A program made the position numbers and the translations under genes. 16,885 nt of DNA, from IMG/VR virus record IMGVR_UViG_2531839454_000016; one strand, given 5' to 3'. The notes below the pieces were generated by a model. It searched no databases and was not told the DNA's origin. It worked only from the letters and a program-made list of their open reading frames with translations. The stretch comes from a virus. Taxonomy: Duplodnaviria > Heunggongvirae > Uroviricota > Caudoviricetes. Of the stretch, positions 16,651-16,885 are shown one piece after another. Position 1 is the stretch's first letter. Every line of letters begins with the position of its first letter.

Positions 16651-16885
16651 TTGCCTGATTTACGCGGTGAATTTATTCGTGGCTGGGATGACGGTCGCGG
16701 GATTGATACTGGTCGCGCTTTGCTTAATTGGCAGCCACACACAATTTTGGACCATGCACACTATATGGAATTATGGACAGGGGACGGACTCGCCGCAGGA
16801 AGTGCACGGGAAGGAGTAAACCCAGGAATACTGGCTACATACGGTGACGGGGGAATAGTTAAAACGGACGAACCCGGTCTTAAGG
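16651..16885 (+). CDS. Partial tail-fibre variable C-terminal segment (tail-collar-like domain), truncated by the window end; probably the unexpressed alternative segment of the invertible region
   Basis: Frame 1 translation LPDLRGEFIRGWDDGRGIDTGRALLNWQPHTILDHAHYMELW... resembles the phage tail-collar/tail-fibre motif. A different frame (16437..16649) is the one open across the crossover site, so there is a frame break near 16630-16650. Confidence 0.5.
   Translation, partial: MPDLRGEFIRGWDDGRGIDTGRALLNWQPHTILDHAHYMELWTGDGLAAGSAREGVNPGILATYGDGGIVKTDEPGLK

Larger units (their letters stand above)
6650..16885. mobile_element. P2-like prophage, ogr-proximal end (left boundary approximate; element continues beyond the window end)
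   Basis: Contiguous P2-family genes (D, ogr, FI, FII, E/E', T, U), an invertase with crossover site, and phage-type cargo; housekeeping synteny (raiA) ends at about 6620. Confidence 0.85.

Overview
The window has two parts. Bases 1-6620 are an enterobacterial (E. coli-like) housekeeping block: the 5' end of a 16S rRNA gene with its P1/P2 promoters and boxA leader, then clpB, pgeF (yfiH), rluD, bamD and raiA. From about 6650 to the window end is one end of a P2-like prophage that continues beyond 16885. On the minus strand it carries a gpD tail gene, an Ogr-type zinc-finger activator and a cargo stretch (Hok-like toxin, zinc-ribbon/TM2 membrane protein, Com-like zinc finger coupled to a DNA methyltransferase) next to raiA. 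On the plus strand it carries the tail sheath, tube, E/E' chaperone, tape measure and gpU genes, followed by a convergent Hin/Gin/Pin-type invertase, a hix/gix-like crossover site and the start of a tail-fibre variable segment. The most interesting points are the cargo stretch between ogr and the host junction (candidate defence/exclusion island), a GATC cluster upstream of the com-methyltransferase pair resembling phage Mu mom regulation, and the non-canonical orientation of the FI-to-U tail block relative to gpD. All calls rest on reading the sequence and ORF translations and on recalled family signatures; no database search was run.
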